A DNA stretch of 57,065 nt from Thermotogota bacterium (GTDB lineage Bacteria; Thermotogota; Thermotogae; Petrotogales; Petrotogaceae), in assembly GCA_051748045.1 (NCBI GenBank), contig JBNJGY010000006.1, positions 1 through 57,065 on the forward strand, written 5' to 3'. Both the position numbers and the translations under genes were made by a program. The notes below the pieces were generated by a model. That model was not told the DNA's origin. It was given only the letters and a program-made list of their open reading frames with translations, and ran no database searches. Each line of letters begins with the position of its first letter. Position 1 is the first letter of the stretch. This document shows, one piece after another, positions 41,332 through 51,176 of this stretch.

Positions 41332-42324
41332 ATGAAAGACCCAATAATATTATCAATAGAAACTTCATGTGATGAAACAGCCATTTGTATTTTAAAAGGA
41401 AAAGATAAAATATTATCTAATATAGTTTTATCTCAAATAGATATTCATAAACTATTTGGTGGTGTTGTACCTGAAGTCGCAGCAAGAAAACATATAAAGT
41501 TTATGAATGAGATAACAGAAAAAGCTATAGAAGAGGCTAAAATAAAATTAAATCAAATAGATGCAATAGCAGTAACAAAAGGCCCTGGTCTAGTCGGGGC
41601 TTTATTAATAGGTATAAATTTTGCTAAGGCTTTATCTTTAAACTTAAATATCCCATTAATAGGTGTAAATCATTTAATGGGGCATATTTATGCCAATTTT
41701 CTTTCATTCCCTAAATTAAAACCTCCTTTTGTAACTCTCTTAGTATCAGGTGGGCATACTATGATTTTGGATACAAAAGATTATTTAGAGTTTGAAATAA
41801 TAGGACAAACTAAAGATGACGCTGCAGGAGAAGCATTTGATAAAGTTGCAAGAATGCTGGATCTTGGTTATCCTGGTGGTCCAATTATAGATAAATTATC
41901 TAAAGCTGGTAAAAAAATATATAAATTTCCTAAACCATTATATAATAAAGGCTATGATTTTTCTTTTTCTGGATTAAAAACTTCAGTTTTATATTTTAGA
42001 AAAGATAACCCTGAAGCAAAAATAGAAGATATTGCAGCTTCTTTTCAAGAATCTTTAATAGATACCTTAATACATAAAACCACAAAATACGCCAGAAGGA
42101 ACAATAGAAAAAAAATTGTAATAGCAGGTGGGGTAGCAGCAAATTCAACATTAAGAGAAAAACTAAAAGATCTAAAAGATCTTGATATATATTTCCCAGA
42201 AATGAATTTATGTACAGATAATGCAGCTATGATAGCAAGAGCAGCCTACCAAAAATTTATAAAAAATGATTTTTCCAATTTTGATTTAGACGCTATTCCG
42301 AATTTAGCGCTAAAAGAGCTTTAA
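41332..42324 (+). CDS. tsaD: tRNA N6-threonylcarbamoyltransferase
   Basis: IETSCDET, GGVVPEVAARKH, HLMGH, VSGGHT, CTDNAAMI. Start at 41323 or 41332. Confidence 0.96.
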   Translation: MKDPIILSIETSCDETAICILKGKDKILSNIVLSQIDIHKLFGGVVPEVAARKHIKFMNEITEKAIEEAKIKLNQIDAIAVTKGPGLVGALLIGINFAKALSLNLNIPLIGVNHLMGHIYANFLSFPKLKPPFVTLLVSGGHTMILDTKDYLEFEIIGQTKDDAAGEAFDKVARMLDLGYPGGPIIDKLSKAGKKIYKFPKPLYNKGYDFSFSGLKTSVLYFRKDNPEAKIEDIAASFQESLIDTLIHKTTKYARRNNRKKIVIAGGVAANSTLREKLKDLKDLDIYFPEMNLCTDNAAMIARAAYQKFIKNDFSNFDLDAIPNLALKEL

Positions 42325-42379
42325 TTAAACAACAATAATTTGATATAATATAATAAATTAAACCATAGGGGGTGTGGCA

Positions 42380-44887
42380 ATGAAAAAGTTTTTAAAAGTT
42401 GTGGCAACGTTTTCATTTCTTTTTCTGATAGCAGTTTCAACATTAAATGCTGCTGATTGGAGTAATGAAAGAATTTATTTCATTATGATAGATAGATTTG
42501 AAAATGGAGATAAAACAAATGATGTTCAAACTGAAAGTGGTATTGATTTTGGTATAGTCAATTCCAAATATAACGGTGGAGATATACAAGGACTTATTGA
42601 TAGACTAGACTATATTAAAGAAATGGGATTTACTGCAGTTTGGGTTACTCCACCGATAGCTAATCAATGGTGGGATGGTTGGACTAATTATGGTGGATAC
42701 CACGGTTATTGGGCAAGAGATTTCAAAAAAATAGATGAACATTTCGGAGATGAAGAATTATACAAAAAATTTGTAGATGAAGCTCACGCAAGAGATATAA
42801 AAGTTATTCAAGATATAGTAACAAATCATACTGCAAATTATTTTGAACTTATAAACGGAGAATACATTATAAATGATAAGATAATTCCAGGAAAACCTAT
42901 TCAATATCCTTTTAATAATTTTAATTATAACGATCCTGAACAAAGAGAAGTAAATGCTTTCCATTGGGAAACTGAAATTGAAAATAAAAATGTTTTTAAC
43001 ACAGCTTATAATGAGTTGGACGACATCAACACAGGTAATCCTGAAGTAGTAAAAGTTCTTAAAGATTCTCATACTTATTGGATAGATTATGCGGGTATAG
43101 ATGGGTTTAGAATAGATACTGCGAAATATGTTGAACCTGAGTTTTGGAGAGATTTTTTAAATGGTGAAAATGGAGTTTATGAAGTAGCAAATGAAAATTC
43201 GAAAGAGGATTTTTTAGTATATGGAGAAGCTTGGATAGGAAGCAATCCTTATGATAATTCTGGAGAAAAAGATATAGTTCAATACTATGATTATGGTTAC
43301 AATTCAATGCTTGACTTTCCTTTACAAACAGAACTTAAAAGAGTTTTTAAAGAGGGAAAACCTACAAGCTATATAGGTTACAGACTAGAGCAAAGACAAG
43401 AAATATTCGATCCATCTACTTTGGTAACTTTTATTGACAATCATGACATGGATAGATTTTTAAAAAATTCAAATACAACTTCAGTTAAACAAGCTTTGGG
43501 AATTATTTATACAATACCTGGTATTCCGACAGTTTACTATGGAACTGAACAATCATTTATAGAAACAAGAACAGCAATGTTCGCTGAAGGATTTCAGGCT
43601 GGTGGAGAAGATCATTTCGATACATCAGCTCCAATGTTTAAATATATAAAAGAATTAAATGAATTGAGAAACAATCACCCAACATTCAGAAATGGGAAAA
43701 TAAATGTACTTTATTCTGACAATCTTGGTCCTGGTCCTTTAATCTATTCAATTAAAGGAGAAAAAGACTATTTAATAATGATCAACACAAATTCAAAGAG
43801 AAAGTACGCAACAGGAATAGATTTAGGTTATGAAAAAGGCACTGTATTAGAACCAATATATTTGATGAATATAATTGATAAATCTATAACATATGAAGGT
43901 GAATTTAACCTATTATTAAACGGTAGTTCTTTTGGGATATACGAAATAACTGATACAACTAAAGATGTAAAAGAAAACAAGATAAAAGCTGAAATAACAA
44001 GCTTAAATGAAAACAACTCTTTCAAAGAAAATTTTACACTAAAAGGTACAGCCTCAAACTCCAAAAAAATCAAAATTATAATTGATGGAAAAGAAGAAGA
44101 TTATAAAGAAGTTAAACTTAATATGGAAGAAAACGAAGAATGGAAAGCAGAAATAAATTTAATGGATTTTACTCCAGGTAAGCATACAGTTTTTGTTAAA
44201 GCTTACGGAAGAATTCCAATTTACTCTAACTACTCAGATACATACGAATTTGAAGTAGACATACCATCTGTTGAAATTATGTCAGTATCAGACCCAAAAG
44301 GTGACGATCATGGACCTAATGGTAACTATACTTATCCAAAAGACTTGACATTCAAGAGACAAATGGATATAACTGGAGCCAAACTTTCAAAAGTTGGACA
44401 ACTTTTGAAATTAACAATGAAAATGAGAGAAGTAACTGATAGTTGGTCTCCTTCTAAAGGTTTTGATCATGTAACCTTTCAAATTTTTATAGACGATCCA
44501 AATGAAGAGGGATTGAAAATTCTTCCTAACCAAAACGCTGAAATGCCAGAAGGTTTGGATTGGAATTATGAAATATACGCCACAGGTTGGGGAATAACTC
44601 TCCATAATACAAACGAAGCTACAAAAGAAAGACTTGGAGAAGGAATAACCCCTTCACCATCAGCGGATGTAAACAAACAACTCGGTGAAATTACTTTTTC
44701 AATACCTTACAGCGTACTAAACACTAACGATCTTTCAGGATGGAAATTTTATGTAACAACATTTGACTATGATGGAATTGAAGCAGTATTAAGACCTATA
44801 ACACCAGAGGCGGAGCAATGGTCTTTCGGTGGTGGTGATGAAAATTCACCAAAGATTATGGATGATTTAATAATTGAAATAGAATAA
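42380..44887 (+). CDS. Secreted GH13 alpha-amylase-family glycosidase with Ig-like and glucodextranase/DOMON-like C-terminal domains
   Basis: Signal peptide; GGDIQG, YHGYW, DGFRIDTAK, GEAW, FIDNHD; C-terminal DPKGDDHGPNG-x-Y-x-YP. Confidence 0.9.
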   Translation: MKKFLKVVATFSFLFLIAVSTLNAADWSNERIYFIMIDRFENGDKTNDVQTESGIDFGIVNSKYNGGDIQGLIDRLDYIKEMGFTAVWVTPPIANQWWDGWTNYGGYHGYWARDFKKIDEHFGDEELYKKFVDEAHARDIKVIQDIVTNHTANYFELINGEYIINDKIIPGKPIQYPFNNFNYNDPEQREVNAFHWETEIENKNVFNTAYNELDDINTGNPEVVKVLKDSHTYWIDYAGIDGFRIDTAKYVEPEFWRDFLNGENGVYEVANENSKEDFLVYGEAWIGSNPYDNSGEKDIVQYYDYGYNSMLDFPLQTELKRVFKEGKPTSYIGYRLEQRQEIFDPSTLVTFIDNHDMDRFLKNSNTTSVKQALGIIYTIPGIPTVYYGTEQSFIETRTAMFAEGFQAGGEDHFDTSAPMFKYIKELNELRNNHPTFRNGKINVLYSDNLGPGPLIYSIKGEKDYLIMINTNSKRKYATGIDLGYEKGTVLEPIYLMNIIDKSITYEGEFNLLLNGSSFGIYEITDTTKDVKENKIKAEITSLNENNSFKENFTLKGTASNSKKIKIIIDGKEEDYKEVKLNMEENEEWKAEINLMDFTPGKHTVFVKAYGRIPIYSNYSDTYEFEVDIPSVEIMSVSDPKGDDHGPNGNYTYPKDLTFKRQMDITGAKLSKVGQLLKLTMKMREVTDSWSPSKGFDHVTFQIFIDDPNEEGLKILPNQNAEMPEGLDWNYEIYATGWGITLHNTNEATKERLGEGITPSPSADVNKQLGEITFSIPYSVLNTNDLSGWKFYVTTFDYDGIEAVLRPITPEAEQWSFGGGDENSPKIMDDLIIEIE

Positions 44888-44894
44888 AAATATT

Positions 44895-44922
44895 GCCCTC
44901 TTATAATTATAAGAGGGCTTTT
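44895..44922 (+). terminator. Terminator after the amylase
   Basis: Perfect palindrome GCCCTCTTATAATTATAAGAGGGC followed by TTTT. Confidence 0.75.
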
Positions 44923-44953
44923 AAATAAAGTATAAAAAGATGAGAGGTGGAAA

Positions 44954-45862
44954 ATGTTTTTTTTGAAGAATAAAGTCGGTCTTGCACCGTTAGCTGATTA
45001 TTCTGATTATCCTTTTAGAAAAATAGTCAGAGAGTTCGGAGCTGATTTCACATATACAGAAATGGTTTCTTCTGATGCATTGGCACAAAGAATTAAAAAG
45101 ACTTTTAAATATTTACCAAGACCAGATGAAAAAAACATAGGCATACAATTATTTGGTCACGAACCAAAGAATTTTTCTGATTCAGCAAAATTTTTAAAAG
45201 ATATGGCACAATGGATAGATATTAATGCTGGGTGCCCTGTCAAGAAAGTAGTTAGGAGAGGTGCTGGCGCAGCTTTATTAAAAGATTTAGATAGATTCAA
45301 GGAAATAATTTATGCTGTGAAATCCCAGGTAGATGTACCTGTTGGTGTTAAAATAAGAGTGGGCTATGAAGAGAATGATGTTGAAAATATAGTTAATTCT
45401 TTAAAAGATTCAAACCCAGATTATATAATAATACATGGTAGAACAAGAGAAGAATTTTATACTGGTAATGCAAGAAGAGAATATTTTAGAAATCTAAACT
45501 TTTCACCTCTTGGAGCATCAGGAGATATTTTTTCTCAAGAAGATATAGATTATTATTTCAACGAGCAAAAAGTTGATTTTATGGTTGTAGCTAGAGGCGC
45601 CATCGGAAACCCTTGGATTTTTAATAATACAACTCCAACTATAGACGAAATATACGATATCACACTTAAACATTTGAGTTTGATAGTCAAAGAATACGAA
45701 GAAGTTAGAGCAATTAACAAGTTCAAAAAGTTTTTAGTAGCCTACACAAAAGGAATATATGGAGCAAAAGAACAACGAAAAAAATTATCTAGTTTAAAAA
45801 GAGAAAAAGATGTAATTGAATACATGGATGATTTGATAAAAAAAAATAAAAAGCGAATTTAA
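44954..45862 (+). CDS. dus: tRNA-dihydrouridine synthase (DusB-like)
   Basis: LAPLA, TEMVS, DINAGCP, VKIR, HGRT, ARGAIGNPW. Confidence 0.92.
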   Translation: MFFLKNKVGLAPLADYSDYPFRKIVREFGADFTYTEMVSSDALAQRIKKTFKYLPRPDEKNIGIQLFGHEPKNFSDSAKFLKDMAQWIDINAGCPVKKVVRRGAGAALLKDLDRFKEIIYAVKSQVDVPVGVKIRVGYEENDVENIVNSLKDSNPDYIIIHGRTREEFYTGNARREYFRNLNFSPLGASGDIFSQEDIDYYFNEQKVDFMVVARGAIGNPWIFNNTTPTIDEIYDITLKHLSLIVKEYEEVRAINKFKKFLVAYTKGIYGAKEQRKKLSSLKREKDVIEYMDDLIKKNKKRI

Positions 45863-45880
45863 TAAATTCGCTTTTTATTT
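45844..45880. terminator. Bidirectional terminator dus/flaG
   Basis: AAATAAAAAGCGAATTTA-A-TAAATTCGCTTTTTATTT. Confidence 0.75.
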
Positions 45881-45882
45881 TA

Positions 45883-46257
45883 TCATGCCTCTTCGTCAAA
45901 TAAAATTCCCTCTAGATCGTTTAAGGCCTTTGCGAGTTTTATAGAAGCTTCAGAAGGGATTTGTCTTAAAACCTCTTCTGATTCTTTGTCAATTATCTTG
46001 ACAACAACCATATCAGCTTCATTGTTTACTTCGAATCTTGCTTCACCTGTAAATAATTTCTGAATTCTATCTAGTTTGTTCTTAAGAACATCTGTTATTT
46101 TTTCCATGTCAACATTTTTGTTCTCTTTTTCCTCATTAGCATTTTGAAAGGTTTCAGCTGAGTTTACAGGTTTAGATTGTTTAGCAGAAACTGCTCTTCC
46201 TTGTTGCGGTTGCTGCTGTTGTTGAACATAATTGGAATTAACATCCCTGATTTCCAT
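45883..46257 (-). CDS. flaG: Flagellar protein FlaG
   Basis: VVKIIDKESEEVLRQIPSE...GILFD signature. Confidence 0.9.
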   Translation of the reverse strand: MEIRDVNSNYVQQQQQPQQGRAVSAKQSKPVNSAETFQNANEEKENKNVDMEKITDVLKNKLDRIQKLFTGEARFEVNNEADMVVVKIIDKESEEVLRQIPSEASIKLAKALNDLEGILFDEEA

Positions 46258-46298
46258 AGTTCACCCCTCCTTGGACAATACAATCATTATCACATTTT

Positions 46299-46326
46299 AT
46301 ATCGGTTAAAAACCTTTATTTCTTTA
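46299..46326 (-). promoter_or_regulatory. Sigma28 (FliA/SigD) promoter of flaG
   Basis: Minus strand TAAA, 16 nt, ACCGATAT, about 40 nt upstream of flaG. Confidence 0.7.
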
Positions 46327-47143
46327 ACCCATATTCAATTTCATCAAAAGTCTGTTCATTAACTGAATAACTCATGTTAACAAAAGGCTTATTAAAACCA
46401 TGATAATCTGACCCATAAGAAATCAAAAGATCTTTTTTATTAGCGAGTTCATATAAATATTTTGTATAATCCAATGAATGACTATAATGCATTATTTCTA
46501 TTCCATCTAATCCATAATGAATCAATTCATCTAATAAAGATTCTAATTGTGTTTTCTTTATTCCGAGTTTAGCAGGATGAGCTAAAAAAGCTTTACCTTG
46601 AGACTTTTTTATCATTTCTATACTTTCTTTTGGAGAATATCTTATACGTTCTACAAAACATTTTCGATCTCTAGATAAATGTCCATTCATGAGCTGTGAA
46701 ACTGAATTTCCATAACCTTTTTTGATCAATATTTTTGCTATATGAGGTCTTCCAATAGTTGTAGAATCATATTTTTCTTCTAATTCATCAAAAGATATAT
46801 TGAAACCTTCTTCTGCTAATAATTCAACCATTTTTTTGTTTCTAAGTTTTCTAAATATTTTAATTCTATCTAAGAATTCTATTAATTCTTCATTATAAAT
46901 ATCTATTCCATAACCCAGTATATCCATTAGCTGTGGATATACTACATTAATTTCAACACCTGTGATATAATTCATTTCATATTTTGACGCTATTTCAACA
47001 GCTTCATATTGAGAAGTTATTGTATCATGATCTGTTATAGAAAACAGTTCTATACCCATTTCTTTTGCTGTTTTCATAAGCCATTCTACTGAAAAAGAAC
47101 CATCTGAATGATTAGAATGTACATGTAAATCAATAAGATTCAT
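46316..47143 (-). CDS. PHP-domain phosphoesterase (YciV/TrpH-like)
   Basis: DLHVHS-x2-SDG, ITDHD, GVEI, GRPH, LAHP, GSDYH. Confidence 0.9.
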   Translation of the reverse strand: MNLIDLHVHSNHSDGSFSVEWLMKTAKEMGIELFSITDHDTITSQYEAVEIASKYEMNYITGVEINVVYPQLMDILGYGIDIYNEELIEFLDRIKIFRKLRNKKMVELLAEEGFNISFDELEEKYDSTTIGRPHIAKILIKKGYGNSVSQLMNGHLSRDRKCFVERIRYSPKESIEMIKKSQGKAFLAHPAKLGIKKTQLESLLDELIHYGLDGIEIMHYSHSLDYTKYLYELANKKDLLISYGSDYHGFNKPFVNMSYSVNEQTFDEIEYGLKK

Positions 47144-47166
47144 ATAAATTTAACACCTTTCGAAAA

Positions 47167-50100
47167 TTATTCTTCAAAAACAGTTATTCGATCTTTACCG
47201 TTATTTTTTGATTTATATAGGGCTTCATCTGCCATGGATATTAATTTCTTATAATTGTTATCTGAGATCTTTTCTGAGGAACATACACCTATTGAAACTG
47301 AAACTTCATATCCAAATATCTTTTTTGAATTTTGTTTTATTCTTTCTTGAATTCTTTCTAAAACTAAATTTGTATCTTCGACATTAATCTTAGGTAAGAT
47401 TAGAACAAATTCTTCTCCTCCATATCTGCCTAAAATATCTAAATTTCTAATATTGTTATTGATAGTATCAACAAAGAATTTTAAAACTCTGTCACCCTCT
47501 TTATGACCATGTTTATCATTAACTTTTTTAAAATCATCTAGATCAAACATCGCTACAGTAAATATACTGTTTTCTCTTAATGATTTTAAATATTCTTCTT
47601 CCAACCTTAAATAAAGATATCTTCTTGAATATGCTCCAGTCAAATAATCTTTAATACTATTTTGTTGATGTATAAGCCTATTTAAAGTAGCAGAAAGATA
47701 TTCGTCTAATAATATAATAGTATCAAAAATGCTCTCAAAAAGATTTAAATTTATCATTAAATTTTTATTTTTCATATAATATTTAATATTAAAATCATTA
47801 TATTTGGAAACATAAAAAACTTCTAAAGGTTCTATTGAGAAGACTTCTTCTGATGGTACTAAAAAATCATATGAAGTAGAAGACTGAGATTCAAACATAT
47901 CTGTCTCAACTCTTAAAAAAACATCGTTCACAGGAAATTTATTCTTCAAGAAGTTTAATGTTTTATCTAGTATTTCTTGTATGTTGTCTAGTGATATTAT
48001 CTTTGTAGATATGTTGATTATGTCATCATAAAAATGTTTATTTAATTTAATTTTTTCTTTTTCATCAGTAGAAGTAGAATTAGAAGAACTAAATTTTATC
48101 ATTTTATAAAAATAATCTTCTAATTTTTTCACCTTTTCTTCTAACCCTAAATTCCTAAAATTAATTATAGCAAGCCTCAAATATTTGAAAGACCTTAAAT
48201 AATCTTCTTGCAAAGCAAAAAAGTTTGAAATACCTTCATACAAAATAGAAAGGCTAAGTCGATAACCGTTTTCTTTCAATATTTTTATTAAATCTGCTGC
48301 TTTTACAATGAATAATTCTTTTAATTCTTTGGTTCTTAAAAATTTATCGTTTAAAAGATACATCATTTCTTCTAGATTTATATCGTTTTTGAAAAGAAAT
48401 TCAGTATTTTTTACTATGGTTTCTTTATCCTCGGATAAAAATATTTTGTTTAAATAATTAATGTGATTTAATTCAGGAAAAGATTCATCAATAATTTTAC
48501 TAATTTTTTTAATTTCTTCTTTGTTCTTATCTCTTAAGTAATACAATGAACTTAAATAATAATAATAATATTTTGCTCTATTCTTAAGCCTTTTATAATC
48601 TAATTTCATGAAATTTTTAATTTTCTTTATTTGAGAATGAATATTTTCTTTGTCATCAACATAAAAATAGTAAAAAGCTTTAAAACCATAAGCTCTTAAC
48701 TCAATTAGTTTATTATTTAAAATATTAGAATATTTAATTGATTCATTTATATTAAAAAAGAAATTATCTATATTCCCTTTATAAAGATGCATATAAGCTT
48801 TATTTAAATAAACTTCTGGAAGTTTGCTTAAATCATTTGAACTTTTGGATAAAGAAATAGCGTCTTCTGTAAGACTTTCATACATATAAGAATTGTCCAA
48901 ATAGTCATGAGCAGTTAAAAGAGAAATATTTAAAATATGTTTTTTCATGTTATAATTTTTGGCTATAGTTAAAGTATTACTATTAACAATTTGAGATTCT
49001 CTTTTATTAACAGCTTGTAGATAATATCCATAATCAGTAACAAAACTTAGATATAAATCCACAAATGGTTTATTATCTTTATTTTTCTCAAATAATTCAT
49101 CAATTTCATTTTTTAATTTTTTTAAAGATTCAAAATCTTCAAATTTTGAATTTATAAGTATTGTTCCTTTAATTATTTTTAGATAAAATTTTTCATATGG
49201 ATTTTTAACTACATCTATACTTTCCTCTACCTTTTCTAATGTTTGTACTGGTTCAGTTTCTGCCAATATTCTAAACTTATAAATATTCATCCATTTTTTA
49301 TTCAAATACTTTAAATATTTTTTAGCTTTTGCAAAGTTACCAGAAAAAATCAAATATTTAATATAATAGATCAATATAGTATCGCTTTTTATATTCATAT
49401 TATCTATTTCTTGATAAGATTTTTGAATAATATCTATATAAGACCAATTCTCATAAGCATCTTTTATCCTTATTATGTAATCATATATAATTTGTTTATC
49501 TCGATTTACCTGTTTTAAATGCCATATCTTTTTCTGAAAATTATAAGACCTTTCATATAATTTACAATGGTATTTTTCCAAATCTTGTTTATTAATTTTG
49601 TTATGAAATTGTTCCCAATAATCCATATTGAAAAAACGATAATAGCTATTTTCTTTTTGTATTACTTTAGTAGCTAGAACTTTATCTAAATCATATTCTT
49701 TCTGAGTTAGTTCTGAAAGTGTTTTAATTTCAGAACTTGTAAATGAATTCCCCAAAAGAGAAAAATCAATAATATCTTTTTTGATATTTCTTTTTATATT
49801 TTTTAGTTTTAACTCTACAAAATCGTTAAAATTTTTCATTTTAATATTAGTTTCATCAATATGCCATTCACTATTTTTAAAATAAATAAATTTATTACTG
49901 TAAAGTTCATTCATAATTTCTTCAATATTACCAGGCAAACCCGCTGAATGATGATAAATATTTTCCACAAAATATTGGTTTTCTTGAACAAAATCTCTAC
50001 TCATCATAGAAGAAATCATTTCTTCGACTTCCGAAAAATCAAATTTTGCAATTTCAACTTTTTTAAACTCATTAAATTTTTCTTGATCTTGTATTGTACT

Positions 50101-51144
50101 ATCATGTGTTATGATTATTAAATTAAAATTCAAAGTGAAATTTGATTGTGAAAGCAAATCGATAAAATTTGAAAATTCTTCTTCTACTTCTTGATAATCA
50201 TCTATAATAATGACAATTTTTTGACTATTTTTTTCTTGAAGAAAATAGATTTTTTCTAAAATATTTAATTCTATACTTTTTTGTTGTGAACTACTATCTA
50301 CATATTCAGACAAATTATCATTTAATTGTTCTAAATTTCTAACATTAAATATTCTAAAAGACATTATTGTATTTAATTTATTAGATATATTTTGAATGAA
50401 ACTGGTTTTCCCAACTCTTTGTTGACCATAAATCAACATCTTTGAGGGTTTTTCTTCTTTTATTTCATTAACAACCTTTTCCATCAAAGTTGATCTACCT
50501 ATATAATGAGGCTGTCGAATATTTATTTTATTCTCATAATCAAAAAAACTTTCAAAATGCTTATTTAAAGAAGACACACAATCAATTTCTTCGTTTATAA
50601 TAAATCTAAAAAAATCAACTAATTTATCATTACCATTTTCTTCGAATTTTAAAAACTCAAATATTTTTTGTAAAACCTTTATAAGATTTTCTTCATTAAT
50701 ATCTTTTAGCTTATAGATTTTGTCTTTGGTAAGATCTTTAAATATTGGTGCTATATAATAATAATTCTTTTTGTTATCAATAAGAAAATCTTCAAGATCT
50801 ATACAGTTTGGAACAAAATTAATATTATGAACAAAATTATCAAAAAGATTTATCATAAAAGAAACCAGACTAACAGTAGTATTATCTTTTATATCAATTC
50901 TTTCTTCATGAAAATAAGGATAATAAAGTTCGGGTGTTTCTTTTTTTAAATCTATAAATTCTGGAAACATAATTCCAGAAGAATTCAACATTCTAAAATC
51001 TTTTTCATATTTAGACAAAATATCTATATCCAAAAATTTAATAGAACTTAATCTTCTTAACCTGTAAAAATTCCCCTCTAACAGTATTAAGAAGTCAGTA
51101 AAATTGTTATTTTCATGTAATTTCTTCACTACAGTATAATTCAT
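47167..51144 (-). CDS. Large multidomain diguanylate cyclase (kinase-like remnant, STAND-type P-loop, helical/TPR-like region, GAF-like, GGDEF)
   Basis: IGR, GQQRVGKT, IIIDD, GLP; C-terminal DYLTG, DLDDFKKVND-x-HGH-x2-GD, RNLD I-site, RYGGEEF. Confidence 0.85.
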   Translation of the reverse strand: MNYTVVKKLHENNNFTDFLILLEGNFYRLRRLSSIKFLDIDILSKYEKDFRMLNSSGIMFPEFIDLKKETPELYYPYFHEERIDIKDNTTVSLVSFMINLFDNFVHNINFVPNCIDLEDFLIDNKKNYYYIAPIFKDLTKDKIYKLKDINEENLIKVLQKIFEFLKFEENGNDKLVDFFRFIINEEIDCVSSLNKHFESFFDYENKINIRQPHYIGRSTLMEKVVNEIKEEKPSKMLIYGQQRVGKTSFIQNISNKLNTIMSFRIFNVRNLEQLNDNLSEYVDSSSQQKSIELNILEKIYFLQEKNSQKIVIIIDDYQEVEEEFSNFIDLLSQSNFTLNFNLIIITHDSTIQDQEKFNEFKKVEIAKFDFSEVEEMISSMMSRDFVQENQYFVENIYHHSAGLPGNIEEIMNELYSNKFIYFKNSEWHIDETNIKMKNFNDFVELKLKNIKRNIKKDIIDFSLLGNSFTSSEIKTLSELTQKEYDLDKVLATKVIQKENSYYRFFNMDYWEQFHNKINKQDLEKYHCKLYERSYNFQKKIWHLKQVNRDKQIIYDYIIRIKDAYENWSYIDIIQKSYQEIDNMNIKSDTILIYYIKYLIFSGNFAKAKKYLKYLNKKWMNIYKFRILAETEPVQTLEKVEESIDVVKNPYEKFYLKIIKGTILINSKFEDFESLKKLKNEIDELFEKNKDNKPFVDLYLSFVTDYGYYLQAVNKRESQIVNSNTLTIAKNYNMKKHILNISLLTAHDYLDNSYMYESLTEDAISLSKSSNDLSKLPEVYLNKAYMHLYKGNIDNFFFNINESIKYSNILNNKLIELRAYGFKAFYYFYVDDKENIHSQIKKIKNFMKLDYKRLKNRAKYYYYYLSSLYYLRDKNKEEIKKISKIIDESFPELNHINYLNKIFLSEDKETIVKNTEFLFKNDINLEEMMYLLNDKFLRTKELKELFIVKAADLIKILKENGYRLSLSILYEGISNFFALQEDYLRSFKYLRLAIINFRNLGLEEKVKKLEDYFYKMIKFSSSNSTSTDEKEKIKLNKHFYDDIINISTKIISLDNIQEILDKTLNFLKNKFPVNDVFLRVETDMFESQSSTSYDFLVPSEEVFSIEPLEVFYVSKYNDFNIKYYMKNKNLMINLNLFESIFDTIILLDEYLSATLNRLIHQQNSIKDYLTGAYSRRYLYLRLEEEYLKSLRENSIFTVAMFDLDDFKKVNDKHGHKEGDRVLKFFVDTINNNIRNLDILGRYGGEEFVLILPKINVEDTNLVLERIQERIKQNSKKIFGYEVSVSIGVCSSEKISDNNYKKLISMADEALYKSKNNGKDRITVFEE

Positions 51145-51176
51145 ATAAAATTCTCCCCCGAGATAATATCCTTATA

